Of a stretch of 64,000 nucleotides of DNA, positions 40,447-50,776 are shown in pieces; the stretch's first letter is position 1, and the number at the start of each line of letters is the position of its first letter. This DNA is from Candidatus Hodarchaeota archaeon. GTDB lineage: Archaea > Asgardarchaeota > Heimdallarchaeia > Hodarchaeales > Hodarchaeaceae. The notes below the pieces were generated by a model. It did not search any database and was not told where the DNA came from. It was given only the letters and a program-made list of their open reading frames with translations. Location of the stretch: positions 1-64,000 of the forward strand of contig JAEOTM010000204.1 of the NCBI GenBank assembly GCA_016839815.1. The letters run 5' to 3'. A program made the position numbers and the translations under genes.

Positions 40447-40956
40447 ATGAATAAAACAAAGAAATTTTCAGCTATTATAGGACTTACATTATTGGTAAGC
40501 ACCTTTTTGGCAGGAACAATGATAGTACAAGCGAAATCTTCACATACAAGGCTTAGTTTCGTATACACGCTAGTTCCTACAGATATGGGAGACCCTGAGC
40601 CATGGCAATCAGGGAAAGTATGGCATCTTCGAAATGTTGGTCATATCGGTGAGGCTTGGAGTGATACGGCAGATTTCTACGGAACGGTTAGTTACCTGGG
40701 GAATTTGAATCTTTTTGATGATCTAAATGCACCTACAACTATGAACAGCGTGGGTTGGGGTGCCTTTAGTTTTACAGGGTGGTATAATGGGGAATATGTG
40801 AGCTTTGAGGGGACCCTTGTTCTGAAGATAAACGATTTTTATGTAACAGGGATGTTTGTCTGCAAGGGAAGTGATGGATTTCAAGGAATGCGAATCATGG
40901 GGATTTTTGAAGGAATCATTGGGACAGTTTATTCTGCTCAATGTATTATTCATTAA
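40447..40956 (+). CDS. small secreted beta-rich protein
   Basis: Signal peptide 'MNKTKK...VQA', Gly/aromatic beta pattern, SD GAGG, oligo-T terminator at about 40980. Confidence 0.8.
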   Translation: MNKTKKFSAIIGLTLLVSTFLAGTMIVQAKSSHTRLSFVYTLVPTDMGDPEPWQSGKVWHLRNVGHIGEAWSDTADFYGTVSYLGNLNLFDDLNAPTTMNSVGWGAFSFTGWYNGEYVSFEGTLVLKINDFYVTGMFVCKGSDGFQGMRIMGIFEGIIGTVYSAQCIIH

Positions 40957-41011
40957 ATAAACCAGGATTCCCCTTCCTCTTTTTTTTTGACAGATCTGTA
41001 TTCTACTAAAT

Positions 41012-42010
41012 TTACCAATGATCTGAATATTCATGTGCGAGAGTGAAGTATTTCTTAGAAAGTAAGAATAAATCTTCTTTTTTCTGATTGTCCTTCTCTT
41101 GAATCGCCTGAAATCCATAAACTTTACCACGAACAAATGCACGGTAACATTTAAAGAAGTCTATATTCTCAAGTATGAGATCATCTCCACTAAACTCAAT
41201 ATACATCTCTACAAAGTAATCTGATAGATCTTTTTCTCCCCAAAAATCGAGATCCATCGAAAGGAATCCAACATCCTCAGCTACATCTCCATATCGAAGG
41301 AGCGAATTGAATTCTATACAATCAAAAATCACAATTTTTGAATCAGGAGGTAAACAGATATTTCTAGCTTGGAAATCACCATGATTATCGGTTATCCGAT
41401 TTTCATTCATCCGCTCACGAAATAATCCTCGATTTCCTCGTAAAAAACAGGTCACCTTTTCACGAAATGTTTTATCTGCTGGATAGAAAGAAGCTGTTGT
41501 CCTAAAATTCTCGTCCCACTTCTCCCCGATATATTTCAAACCACCATATTCAGGAACTTTTGTAGTTTCATCATGAAAATTTGCAAGGGTTTCAGCAACT
41601 ACAGCTACAGATTCTTTTGTCACCTTTTTTTCCTTTAATAGGTTAACTAGGAGATAAGCTTCGTCTAAGCGTTTCATTTTTACGCCATACTCAATAATCG
41701 TCCCAAATCCATCAATCTTACCTGTATTATCTATTGTAAATGTATCTATATACAACTCAGGAGAAAATCGGGAATTTAACAATATTTCCTGTTCACAGAA
41801 TTCTTTTCGTAATTCGAGAGTGGTGAAATCTAATATTTCACCGAATTTAATGGGTTTTTTCACCTTATAAGCGAAATCTCCACTCAAAAAAACCCAAGAA
41901 AAGGGAGTTTCTCTCATAATGATGTTTTCCACTGGATACCCATAAGTAGAAGGACTGAGAAGCATTTTAGGTTGGAATTCATTCATTTCTTCTCTACCTC
42001 TATAATGCAT
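41012..42010 (-). CDS. aminoglycoside phosphotransferase-like kinase (COG2187-type N-terminal domain)
   Basis: 'AYKVKKPI', 'LDFTTLELRK', 'HGDF', 'FDCIEFN', 'YRAFVRGKV'. Confidence 0.85.
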   Translation of the reverse strand: MHYRGREEMNEFQPKMLLSPSTYGYPVENIIMRETPFSWVFLSGDFAYKVKKPIKFGEILDFTTLELRKEFCEQEILLNSRFSPELYIDTFTIDNTGKIDGFGTIIEYGVKMKRLDEAYLLVNLLKEKKVTKESVAVVAETLANFHDETTKVPEYGGLKYIGEKWDENFRTTASFYPADKTFREKVTCFLRGNRGLFRERMNENRITDNHGDFQARNICLPPDSKIVIFDCIEFNSLLRYGDVAEDVGFLSMDLDFWGEKDLSDYFVEMYIEFSGDDLILENIDFFKCYRAFVRGKVYGFQAIQEKDNQKKEDLFLLSKKYFTLAHEYSDHW

Positions 42011-42066
42011 GAACTAGGAATGTAAGGAATGATATGAGGTCGAATCTATCAAAGATAAAAATTTAA

Positions 42067-43743
42067 TTGCCTAGGAAGAGACTTAAAACGAGAAGTGAAC
42101 TTTTCTACTTTCTAAACGAATATAAGAGGAATAGCCGATTGGGATATCAAAAAAGTTTGAAATTTAAGATCCTTGGATTAAGTCTGTTATTATTGAACTT
42201 AAGAATAATTCCAGTCGTATCCAGTACAGAATTAGGAATGAATATTACTACCAGTCATTCAAGCAGTAATGGAGTCTCAATAATCTTGATGATTGGTGAT
42301 GGGATGGGATTTGAACACGTAGAACTAGCACAATGGGTTGAAAAAGGAGTTAATGGATCATTAAATATGCAGGAACTTCCTATCAAAGGAAAAGTAACAA
42401 CTCATAATATATTGAATGCAATAACTGACAGTGCAGCCAGTGCAACCGCTATGGCCACGGGTTACAAAACTCATAATAGTATAATCTCACAAAGTTTAGC
42501 GGGTGTCGATTTAGTAACAATATTGGAACTTTCTGAACAATTAAATAAATCGACAGGCATCATCACCACAACTGAAGTTACCCACGCAACTCCTGCGGCC
42601 TTTTATGCTCATACGTTAAGTCGTGATAATGAATACGAAATTGGACAACAGCTGATTCCGAGTGGTCTTGATACAATTATGGGTGGGGGAAAAAATAAGT
42701 TCCTTTCCCAATTAGACACTCTTCAAACCCAAGGATATACAATTTTGGAAAATCGATCTGAACTCTTAACAAGTTCTGCCGAGAAAATCTTTGGTCTCTT
42801 TACAAATAGTGCATACCCATATGAGCAGGATCGAGATCGGGAACTAGTTCCATCCCTAGCTGAAATGACAGAAAAATCGATAGAAATCCTTTCCCATAAC
42901 GATAATGGGTTCTTCTTACTAGTGGAAGGAGGACAAATTGATTGGGCTAGTCATGTAACCGAAGCAAAGAACACTGCGCTAGAGACAATTGAGTTTGATA
43001 AAGCAGTAAAGAAGGCTATTAATTACGTAGAAAGCCATAATAATACGATCCTAATAGTTACAGCTGACCATGAAACAGGAGGATTGGTTATTTCCTCAGA
43101 AATGTTTAAGACTCCTCTTCCCAATGAAAATAATACCGATGAGTTGAATGAAGAGTTAAGAATTAATCGAACACGTGAGATCGCTCTTTCTTGGGATACA
43201 GGGGGCCATACAAAGGCAAATGTTCCGCTTTTTGCATACGGAACTTATCTTGAATCAATTCATAATTCCACCATTGATAATACGTATATACATTTGATAA
43301 TGAAGAATTATCTTCTACCTTATGATCAGGGGAAACCTGAACTCACAATTGTCTCCCCAGAAAATCGATCGTATGACAAATCAACACTTATCCTATCACT
43401 CGATTCAAATGAGTCTCTTACATGGGTTGGGTATTCATTAAATAATGGCCCCAATGTATCTGTTCACTCATTAACGAAACACCTTTCTCTTAGTGATGGA
43501 AACTATTTCCTAAAGGTGTATGGGAACGACACAATGAATAATTTTGCGTCTGCCGAAGTCTACTTTACAATTAGTGAAACACAAGAGTCTTCAACAACCA
43601 CAAGCTTAGAAACAACAACTGAATCAACAGTTTCCTCCTTGGATACATCAACTCCAGCTTTTCGATTCGACGCAGTGATGTTTATCTCATTCATAGCACT
43701 ATTCTACTTATCTAAGAAAAGACATCTAAAAGTCAAGTCATAA
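42067..43743 (+). CDS. surface-anchored alkaline phosphatase
   Basis: 'MIGDGMG', catalytic 'TDSAASATA', 'THATPA', 'EGGQIDWASH', 'TADHETGG'; Ser/Thr linker and C-terminal TM. Confidence 0.93.
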   Translation: MPRKRLKTRSELFYFLNEYKRNSRLGYQKSLKFKILGLSLLLLNLRIIPVVSSTELGMNITTSHSSSNGVSIILMIGDGMGFEHVELAQWVEKGVNGSLNMQELPIKGKVTTHNILNAITDSAASATAMATGYKTHNSIISQSLAGVDLVTILELSEQLNKSTGIITTTEVTHATPAAFYAHTLSRDNEYEIGQQLIPSGLDTIMGGGKNKFLSQLDTLQTQGYTILENRSELLTSSAEKIFGLFTNSAYPYEQDRDRELVPSLAEMTEKSIEILSHNDNGFFLLVEGGQIDWASHVTEAKNTALETIEFDKAVKKAINYVESHNNTILIVTADHETGGLVISSEMFKTPLPNENNTDELNEELRINRTREIALSWDTGGHTKANVPLFAYGTYLESIHNSTIDNTYIHLIMKNYLLPYDQGKPELTIVSPENRSYDKSTLILSLDSNESLTWVGYSLNNGPNVSVHSLTKHLSLSDGNYFLKVYGNDTMNNFASAEVYFTISETQESSTTTSLETTTESTVSSLDTSTPAFRFDAVMFISFIALFYLSKKRHLKVKS

Positions 43744-43768
43744 TATATTGTATATTTTTCGCGTAAAC

Positions 43769-44785
43769 TTAGGAGAGTGCTTCCTCAAGAATTGGAAGAC
43801 GTAGACCTGTAATATTCTTTACAATTTTTGCTAGATAAGTAGTATAAGAACGATAAGTAGTTAGAAACATTTTTTTTGTGATTTCTGTTTCCCCCGTAAT
43901 CTGGGGATTAAGTAATGCACTATAACACCGTAAAAGATTATGTAAAATTGATAAAATCAGGAAATATTCAATATTGGTTACTTGTAAATCCGAATAAGTT
44001 TGATATAAGTCTACAAACGTCTCTTGAACATCTGTTCCTGCAGACGATGTAGCTACAATCGCAAAGGCTAAATCATGACGGAAATCACCAAGTTTAATAT
44101 CTGCCCAATCAATGACTACGAGCTTTTTCTGTGGAGTTATAATCACATTATTCATGTGATAATCTCCGTGCAATAATGATAAATTCTCAGTTTTAACCTT
44201 ATTATCATCTAACCAATCTATCAATGGTTTTAAATCGTTAATGTTATGGAGAGAGGTCATTCTTTTAGGAAAGCTAATGAGATTATATACATATACATAC
44301 GGATTGGACTTAATATCAAGGATGTTAAAGGAGAAGGAATTATTTAATTCATTCCTCCAATCATAATTATGAATATGAACCATCTCTCGAATAAACATGG
44401 TAATTCCTTCCATCTTTAGCTTATCTGAGTTAGAGTGGAAAATATAATCCGAGAGTAACTTTCCTGGGATCTGTTCCATTATTAAGAAACTTCGAGAGAG
44501 TGTCTCGGAGTTTTTTTTCCAAAGATAGGGACTTGGAACGGAAATTCCCCTAGATTTTAGAGCACTCAATATGCTAAATTCGATCTTTGCACGGTTAGAG
44601 TTTCGTCTATACACTCGTAAGATGAGAGGAATAGTATGATTATTGGTGTTAAAAGAAAAACTAAAGGTTTCTGTATCCGCTCCCTGTAATTTATGAAATT
44701 TGTCAACAGTTGATGTTTCTGAGGAAGGAAATACTTTCGTTAATTCAGTTATTAATTCGTCTTTCAGGTCTTTGCTGATTTCCAT
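43769..44785 (-). CDS. APH-family phosphotransferase
   Basis: 'FLIMEQIPG', 'LLHGDYHMNNV', 'VIDW'. Confidence 0.88.
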   Translation of the reverse strand: MEISKDLKDELITELTKVFPSSETSTVDKFHKLQGADTETFSFSFNTNNHTIPLILRVYRRNSNRAKIEFSILSALKSRGISVPSPYLWKKNSETLSRSFLIMEQIPGKLLSDYIFHSNSDKLKMEGITMFIREMVHIHNYDWRNELNNSFSFNILDIKSNPYVYVYNLISFPKRMTSLHNINDLKPLIDWLDDNKVKTENLSLLHGDYHMNNVIITPQKKLVVIDWADIKLGDFRHDLAFAIVATSSAGTDVQETFVDLYQTYSDLQVTNIEYFLILSILHNLLRCYSALLNPQITGETEITKKMFLTTYRSYTTYLAKIVKNITGLRLPILEEALS

Positions 44786-45399
44786 CTTGATCTAGCTGAA
44801 ATCATTGTTAATATATATTTTCCGTTAAAAAATTCTGCTAATTTCTCTAACAAGCCGCATCAAAAGCAGGAGGAGCACACCAACAAATTAATATTTCACA
44901 GAAATAAATAATATCAAGGAGGATGTTAGGAAGGATACGTATATATAGACCTTTGAACCAGAATAACGTGGAGGTAAAGAAAGCCAACAATAGAATGAAA
45001 AGTATAGAAAAAAAAGAGCGAAAAATAATCAAAGGCTCCCCTAAACCCAAAACTCAAGCGAAAATTAAAACTCATCTCAATTCTAAAATTTCTATTAACA
45101 AAGATCGTGTTCAATCCGTTAATATTTTCCTCTATTCCTACCCCTTTATGCAAAGATATCGATCAAATTCTTACTATCGCCCTACTCTTTAGAAATATCA
45201 CAAGTCCACAAAAATGAATCTTGGACTTTAGTAATAGACCACACCCTTTATTTTTTTGTATCCTATGAGCTTCATATCGAATGAAGTAATCAAGAGATAT
45301 ATATGCCTAAATTTCTTTTACGAGGAGATTTCGATTTAGTAAAGAATTTATAGTCCGTAACCTATAAATTATTAGAAAAACTAATGAGGGATAAAAATC

Positions 45400-46260
45400 A
45401 TGAAAAATCGAACTAAAAGTTTTACGCTTAGTATTGCATTTGTTATATTATTATTCGGGTTAACTATCTCAACGACTCAAGTTTCTGTGGGAACCAGTCC
45501 CATGATAGAAATTCCTGGCAGTTTTGTTTATACGGTAGATTCTAACCATTTTGATATCGGAATGTTAATTGGAAATTCAATGTGTTTGGAATTCACTAAA
45601 TTAAATCCTACTGAATTACCATACAATGTAGAAGATAGAATGAATTATACATTGATCGACGTACAACCTGACCAGTACATATTTGACGAGATCATCTATT
45701 CACCTAATGGTACTATTCATATGGAAGGAAATTATTCAGTTTCCAGACTCGAAATTAGAATTCCATTATTTGTTACAACAAACAACCAAACACTGATTCA
45801 GGAGGCTTTCAGTACCACTCCAGATTGGAATATCTCTTACTTCGAATATTTTCTTTACATGAAACAAACAGCTTATGATTATCCTGAACTCGGAGATACC
45901 ATGTACTCAGAGTATGTTTACGACAGTCGTTCTGGATGGTTGATGAGCTTATACCAAAAGAGGACAGCAGCAGATCAAACAATTACAATGGAAATGGAAC
46001 TTATTGCCATTACTGCGACATTGCCCCCAATAACAACTATTCCCCCTACCTCAACTGAAATCCCAACAACAATGGAAGAAACTTCAGAATCAACAACAGA
46101 ACCGACATTGGAAAATACAACAACATCAGAGCTGACAACTGATGATTCAAATACTTCAACTAATACCACGACTATCCCAGATATCTCGAGTTTTGTAGGA
46201 TTCGCGGAAATTCTCGGAGTAATCGCTTTCGTAATTGTCATCTATCGTAGGAAAAGATAA
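45400..46260 (+). CDS. cell-surface protein with Thr-rich stalk and C-terminal anchor
   Basis: Signal peptide, 'YDSRSGWL', Thr/Ser-rich linker, 'VGF'-TM-'RRKR' tail. Confidence 0.8.
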   Translation: MKNRTKSFTLSIAFVILLFGLTISTTQVSVGTSPMIEIPGSFVYTVDSNHFDIGMLIGNSMCLEFTKLNPTELPYNVEDRMNYTLIDVQPDQYIFDEIIYSPNGTIHMEGNYSVSRLEIRIPLFVTTNNQTLIQEAFSTTPDWNISYFEYFLYMKQTAYDYPELGDTMYSEYVYDSRSGWLMSLYQKRTAADQTITMEMELIAITATLPPITTIPPTSTEIPTTMEETSESTTEPTLENTTTSELTTDDSNTSTNTTTIPDISSFVGFAEILGVIAFVIVIYRRKR

Positions 46261-46852
46261 TATTCGTTTTCAGAATAATCTATAGTAGAACTTGACTATC
46301 ATTCTAGGTGAAAGTAAGGGAAAACTACAATTAATTCTGAATCCTATCTCTTCTACTAGAATTCCTAGAAAATCTCCATGTTACAAGGAATTAAAAGAAA
46401 GTGAAATCAGTGAAATTCAATTTAAGTGACATATTTGTCATTTTCGGTTATCTCAGTAGAGGAAATCAACGCTGATCCCATTCCAGTGGAGGTGAAGGGG
46501 TGCAAAATTAATGGGCCCGTGAAATTATCTGAGTAAAATCGGAAAGTTAAAAGAGCACGGCATTTTTATTGAACTACCCACGTTACGCGGTAAAAAACGC
46601 TTTTTACATTCGCTAAATTACTTATTTACGACTTTTCGATAATTCTTAGTAATTCTTTTGGTCTGAACAAATTAGGAATATTTAGACTTAAGCATTCATT
46701 ATAGTTGTGTATTTTCTTCAATCTTGAGAAACTCAATCTAAATTCATTATAGTGCTGAGGTTATCTCTGAGAGTTGTTGTTCTGCTAAATTGAGAATGGA
46801 TGAATCCTCATGTCCAGAACTCTTTTAAAAGAATTATTAGATAATTTCAATT

Positions 46853-48382
46853 ATGAGTAAGATAGAGAATTTGAAGAAAAGCCTCAACACTATCTTACTC
46901 CAATTTCCCAAGTTTGTTGAAAAATATTCACTAGAGGATCAGCAATTAATAGCTGAGTTTTTAAATGTAATAAAATTTTATGAGGAGGCAGATAACCGTC
47001 GAAATGTACTATTAGCACGCTTTACGGAATTTATCACTAAAACGAGAAATAGAAAACAATACTACGACTTACCCTTTCTCGGATTAACTGTAGTAATCGC
47101 AGAGAACGCAGTATATCACTTAAGTATTGCACGATTCTACCCCTTGGAGTTTTACAACTCACTTTTACAGCAGCTTCGGCCCCTTTTTCAACTTATTAGG
47201 CGAATAGAACCATTAATTAGCTTGAAGTATGAGGAAACACTCCAGGCGACAAGAAGTCTGTACTCACCATTATCCTCTGATGAATATCGACTGTTACAAT
47301 ATACATATTCTCTTCTAAAATCAGAAGGATTAACATCTTTAAATTCTAATTATATTAAAACAGAATTTGGAAAAAAAGAAGATATTCCCAGACGATTAAA
47401 AAAGGAAATAGAAATTTCTCGTTTTTATACATTAATTGAGGGCAGATGGTGGATTCATTTTCATTTTCCAGCCTTTGGATTAAGTCAAGTAGTATTTCAT
47501 TTTGAATTAATTGATAACACATCATTAATTGATCTAATTGACCTTAATAATCCGAATAACACAGTTTTAACCTATAGTAACGTTTTTCAAGTTTTGAATT
47601 CAAACAGTGAATATATTGGTATTTTCACTATTCCCAATAACGATATTAATCTTCTTAAGGATCTTTTTCAACGGTATGAACAGAGTAGATTAGTCAAACG
47701 AAAAGAATTAACTGTAATCAGTCATCGACTAAGGAGTACATCTTTTGATTATTATAAGGAGGAAAAGGGGTGGAGGAACTTATCAGCTAACAAAAAACAA
47801 AGTATTAAACAAGTATTGAGTTCTACAGATCCTGAAGTATATAATTTGGAGCAGAGTTCCTTTAATATTCCAAATTTTAACAATTCAAATTGGTCATTCT
47901 CTGAACACCAATCTCCTGAAAAAATTATCAAATTTTTTTGTACAACACCTTCTGAATTCGCTTATACAGGTCTTCCATTAAACATACCTTCATCAGACTA
48001 TCCTAACTCTCTTAATAGGGATGACATTGAGTTAATACATTATTTTTATTCACAAAAGGTATTAAGTATAGGTTTTATTCCTTGGCGTTTAATAGATGAT
48101 TATTCGTTAAATATCTATGTTGTAAAGGTTCCAGCTGTGCCATTAGCGAAGTTAGAGCACTTCTTAAGTGTTATTCCTTATGCCGAGATTTATTTTGCTC
48201 CAGATAGTTACTATCTGTGGACCGTTCTCCCACCCACTATAATCAGCTGGATAAAAAATACTCTTAAATGGTCTATCATTCCTGTACAACGAATTCATGT
48301 AAGACAGGAATTAACATCAGAGTGGTTTGATACGAAATCACTATTATGGACTAGACCTGAAATTTTGGGACGAAATAAGTAA
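46853..48382 (+). CDS. large putative regulator with Lrp/AsnC-like segments
   Basis: 'PLSSDEYRLLQ...FHFPAFGLSQVVFHF' and a second copy 'LNRDDIELIH...'; TATA 29 nt upstream. Confidence 0.55.
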   Translation: MSKIENLKKSLNTILLQFPKFVEKYSLEDQQLIAEFLNVIKFYEEADNRRNVLLARFTEFITKTRNRKQYYDLPFLGLTVVIAENAVYHLSIARFYPLEFYNSLLQQLRPLFQLIRRIEPLISLKYEETLQATRSLYSPLSSDEYRLLQYTYSLLKSEGLTSLNSNYIKTEFGKKEDIPRRLKKEIEISRFYTLIEGRWWIHFHFPAFGLSQVVFHFELIDNTSLIDLIDLNNPNNTVLTYSNVFQVLNSNSEYIGIFTIPNNDINLLKDLFQRYEQSRLVKRKELTVISHRLRSTSFDYYKEEKGWRNLSANKKQSIKQVLSSTDPEVYNLEQSSFNIPNFNNSNWSFSEHQSPEKIIKFFCTTPSEFAYTGLPLNIPSSDYPNSLNRDDIELIHYFYSQKVLSIGFIPWRLIDDYSLNIYVVKVPAVPLAKLEHFLSVIPYAEIYFAPDSYYLWTVLPPTIISWIKNTLKWSIIPVQRIHVRQELTSEWFDTKSLLWTRPEILGRNK

Positions 48383-48451
48383 GATTAAAGATGTGTTCTG
48401 TAGAAAAAAAAAGGAGGAAATATAAGGAATAGTATCCTTAAGTTATCACAA

Positions 48452-48487
48452 TTATTTACCGTTTCCACGGTCTCCTGGGGGCATCAT
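48452..48487 (-). CDS. candidate 11-aa micro-ORF MMPPGDRGNGK
   Basis: GC-rich 36 nt in an AT-rich gap; SD GAGGT 7 nt upstream, CTTAAAAA at 48521-48528, hairpin 48423-48440 and T9 tract 48404-48412 downstream. Confidence 0.5.
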   Translation of the reverse strand: MMPPGDRGNGK

Positions 48488-48650
48488 CTTAAAGACCTCA
48501 ATTCTTAGATTTGAAAGAGCTTTTTAAGAACCTTAAAATCCACCCAGTGTCACTAAATATTAAAGAGATAAAATAAAAATAATTAATACACTTCTGCAAA
48601 CTGTTTATGAAAATAAATATTAAACTGAAGAACAGGATAACTTACTCTGG

Positions 48651-50747
48651 ATGAAAGGGATAATGAACTCACAACAAAAGGGAGAAAATCAAACTGAGGA
48701 AATCCAGATGGTTGAGCGTATGATTAGAGAGGGGGAATATAACGACGCTCTATCACTAATCAATACAGCCATAGATAAGTTACCGAGTAATTATCGTCTA
48801 GAAGATGAAATTCAGTATAAATTACCGAAAACAGAAATTTTAATACATCAAGGTAAGTATAAGAAAGCTTTAGAGATAATAAAACCTTTAAATGCTCAAA
48901 TTATAAATGTAGAAAATTGTATTTTAAAAATAAGGATTATCACAGTTTATGCTGATGTATTATACTATTTAGGAACTTTCACAGACGGATTGGAAGTTCT
49001 GTCAAATGGGGAGAAGTTATTGGAGGAAGCATTGTCATTTACCAATCAGAATTGTTCGAAAGAACAAGCACATTTATTGAAAGTGAAAGGAAAGATTTTA
49101 GAGAAACTGGGAGAGGAGGAAGAGTCATTAGCTCATTATCAGAAGAGTCTAGCATTATTTCAGGAGATTAAAGATCAAATAGGAATTTCTTCAATTTTGA
49201 ATAATATAGGCATAATTTATCGTAAACAAGGGGCATTAAACCAAGCATTGGAATATTATCAACGAAGTTTGGCCATTAGAAAGCGATTGGATAATAAACT
49301 TGACATTGTTGCCACTCTTAATAATATTGGGATTATTTATATGTTCCAAGGTGACCTGAATAGGGCTTTAGCTCATTATCAGGATGCACTGACTATCCTA
49401 GAGGAAATTGGGCATAAACAATATATGGCCGCAATCAACAACAATATAGGAAATATTTTTTTCGATAAAGGGGAGCTAGATACTGCTTTCAGTCATTATC
49501 AAACAAGTTTAACCTTATGGGGAGAATTAGGCCATCAACAATATAATGCTTATGGAATTAACCACCTTGGTAAAATCCATAGACGGAAAGGTGATCTTGA
49601 AGAGGCATTAGTCCATTATCAACAGGCACTATTATTATTAAATGAAATCGGGAATAATCTGGATATTTCAATCACCTTATTCGATCTTATTTCGACTGCA
49701 TTAGACAAGAATGATGATCAGCTTGCACAGGAATATTTACTGGCTTTAAAACAGATAAAAGAGCAAGAAAAAAATAGAGTAATCGATCAAAGATATCGAG
49801 TGGCAAAAGCTCTACAATTGAAAAATGATGAACGATCTCGAAAGAGAACTAAGGCCGAAGAATTACTGGTTCAGGTTATTAATGAAGAAATTATTGATCA
49901 TGAAATAACTGAATATGCTATGCTTAATCTGTGCGAATTATATATCGATAATCTAAAACGTACAAATGATAGAACCATTTTAATGAAGGTACAGAAGTTA
50001 GTTTTAAAATTATCAGAGGTAGCAAAAGATCAACATTCACATTGGTTAATAGCAGAGGCCTATTTTCTAAAAGCGAAACTATTCCTAATTGATTTAAATC
50101 TCGATAAAGCCCGCGAATTCTTAGGACAAGCGCAGATTATAGCTGAAGAACGAGGAATGAAAAATCTTGCAATGAAGATATCATATGAGCATGATTTACT
50201 ACTCCATGATCTACCCAAGTATGCTGAACTTAGCGAAAAAGACGCCCCCTTAGCCGAACGATTGGAATTCGCAAAATTAGATCATCTTATCAAACGATTA
50301 ACACATATGCGATTATTAGAACTTCCAGCGCTGAAAGAAGAAGAACCAGTATTAGTTTTGGTAATGGCGGAAAACGGATTAAGCTTATTTTCAAAACCAT
50401 TTCTTCCAGAAGGAGAAATCAACCCTCAATTATTTGGAGGTTTTCTTTCTGCTATCCACTCCTTTTCAGAAGCGGTTTTTTCGAGAACATTGGACCGTGC
50501 CCTCTTAGGTGAATATACCCTTGTCATGAAAACAGAAGAACCTCTACTAATGTGTTATATCTGTAAAGGACAGGCATTCTCTGCTCTTCAGAAGCTTAAT
50601 CAGTTTATCCAACATACCACTAAATCTGATAAGTACTGGAATGCTCTATTGCAAGGGAGTCAAACAGGAAAAACCCTTGATAACTCAGACTATGCGTCTC
50701 TTGAACATTTGGCCAGCTCTATCTTTTCACAAACAAGAGAAGAGTAA
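48651..50747 (+). CDS. TPR-repeat protein with C-terminal longin-like domain
   Basis: Repeats 'LNNIGIIY...G.L..AL..YQ.SL'; C-terminal 'GLSLFSKPF..PQLFGGFLSAIHSFS'. Confidence 0.88.
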   Translation: MKGIMNSQQKGENQTEEIQMVERMIREGEYNDALSLINTAIDKLPSNYRLEDEIQYKLPKTEILIHQGKYKKALEIIKPLNAQIINVENCILKIRIITVYADVLYYLGTFTDGLEVLSNGEKLLEEALSFTNQNCSKEQAHLLKVKGKILEKLGEEEESLAHYQKSLALFQEIKDQIGISSILNNIGIIYRKQGALNQALEYYQRSLAIRKRLDNKLDIVATLNNIGIIYMFQGDLNRALAHYQDALTILEEIGHKQYMAAINNNIGNIFFDKGELDTAFSHYQTSLTLWGELGHQQYNAYGINHLGKIHRRKGDLEEALVHYQQALLLLNEIGNNLDISITLFDLISTALDKNDDQLAQEYLLALKQIKEQEKNRVIDQRYRVAKALQLKNDERSRKRTKAEELLVQVINEEIIDHEITEYAMLNLCELYIDNLKRTNDRTILMKVQKLVLKLSEVAKDQHSHWLIAEAYFLKAKLFLIDLNLDKAREFLGQAQIIAEERGMKNLAMKISYEHDLLLHDLPKYAELSEKDAPLAERLEFAKLDHLIKRLTHMRLLELPALKEEEPVLVLVMAENGLSLFSKPFLPEGEINPQLFGGFLSAIHSFSEAVFSRTLDRALLGEYTLVMKTEEPLLMCYICKGQAFSALQKLNQFIQHTTKSDKYWNALLQGSQTGKTLDNSDYASLEHLASSIFSQTREE

Positions 50748-50776
50748 CAGTAGGTTTACATTTGATTTAAACGTTC

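Noticed and set aside
44847-45192. Overlapping hydrophobic and basic ORFs in the gap, possible TGA read-through or pseudogene
   Set aside because: No frame gives a recognisable protein; other genes here use TGA as a normal stop
46440-46550. SAM-I, c-di-AMP, lysine or cobalamin riboswitch, or C/D guide RNA
   Set aside because: Only scattered sub-motifs match; conserved cores and a C box are missing. Kept only as an unassigned structure
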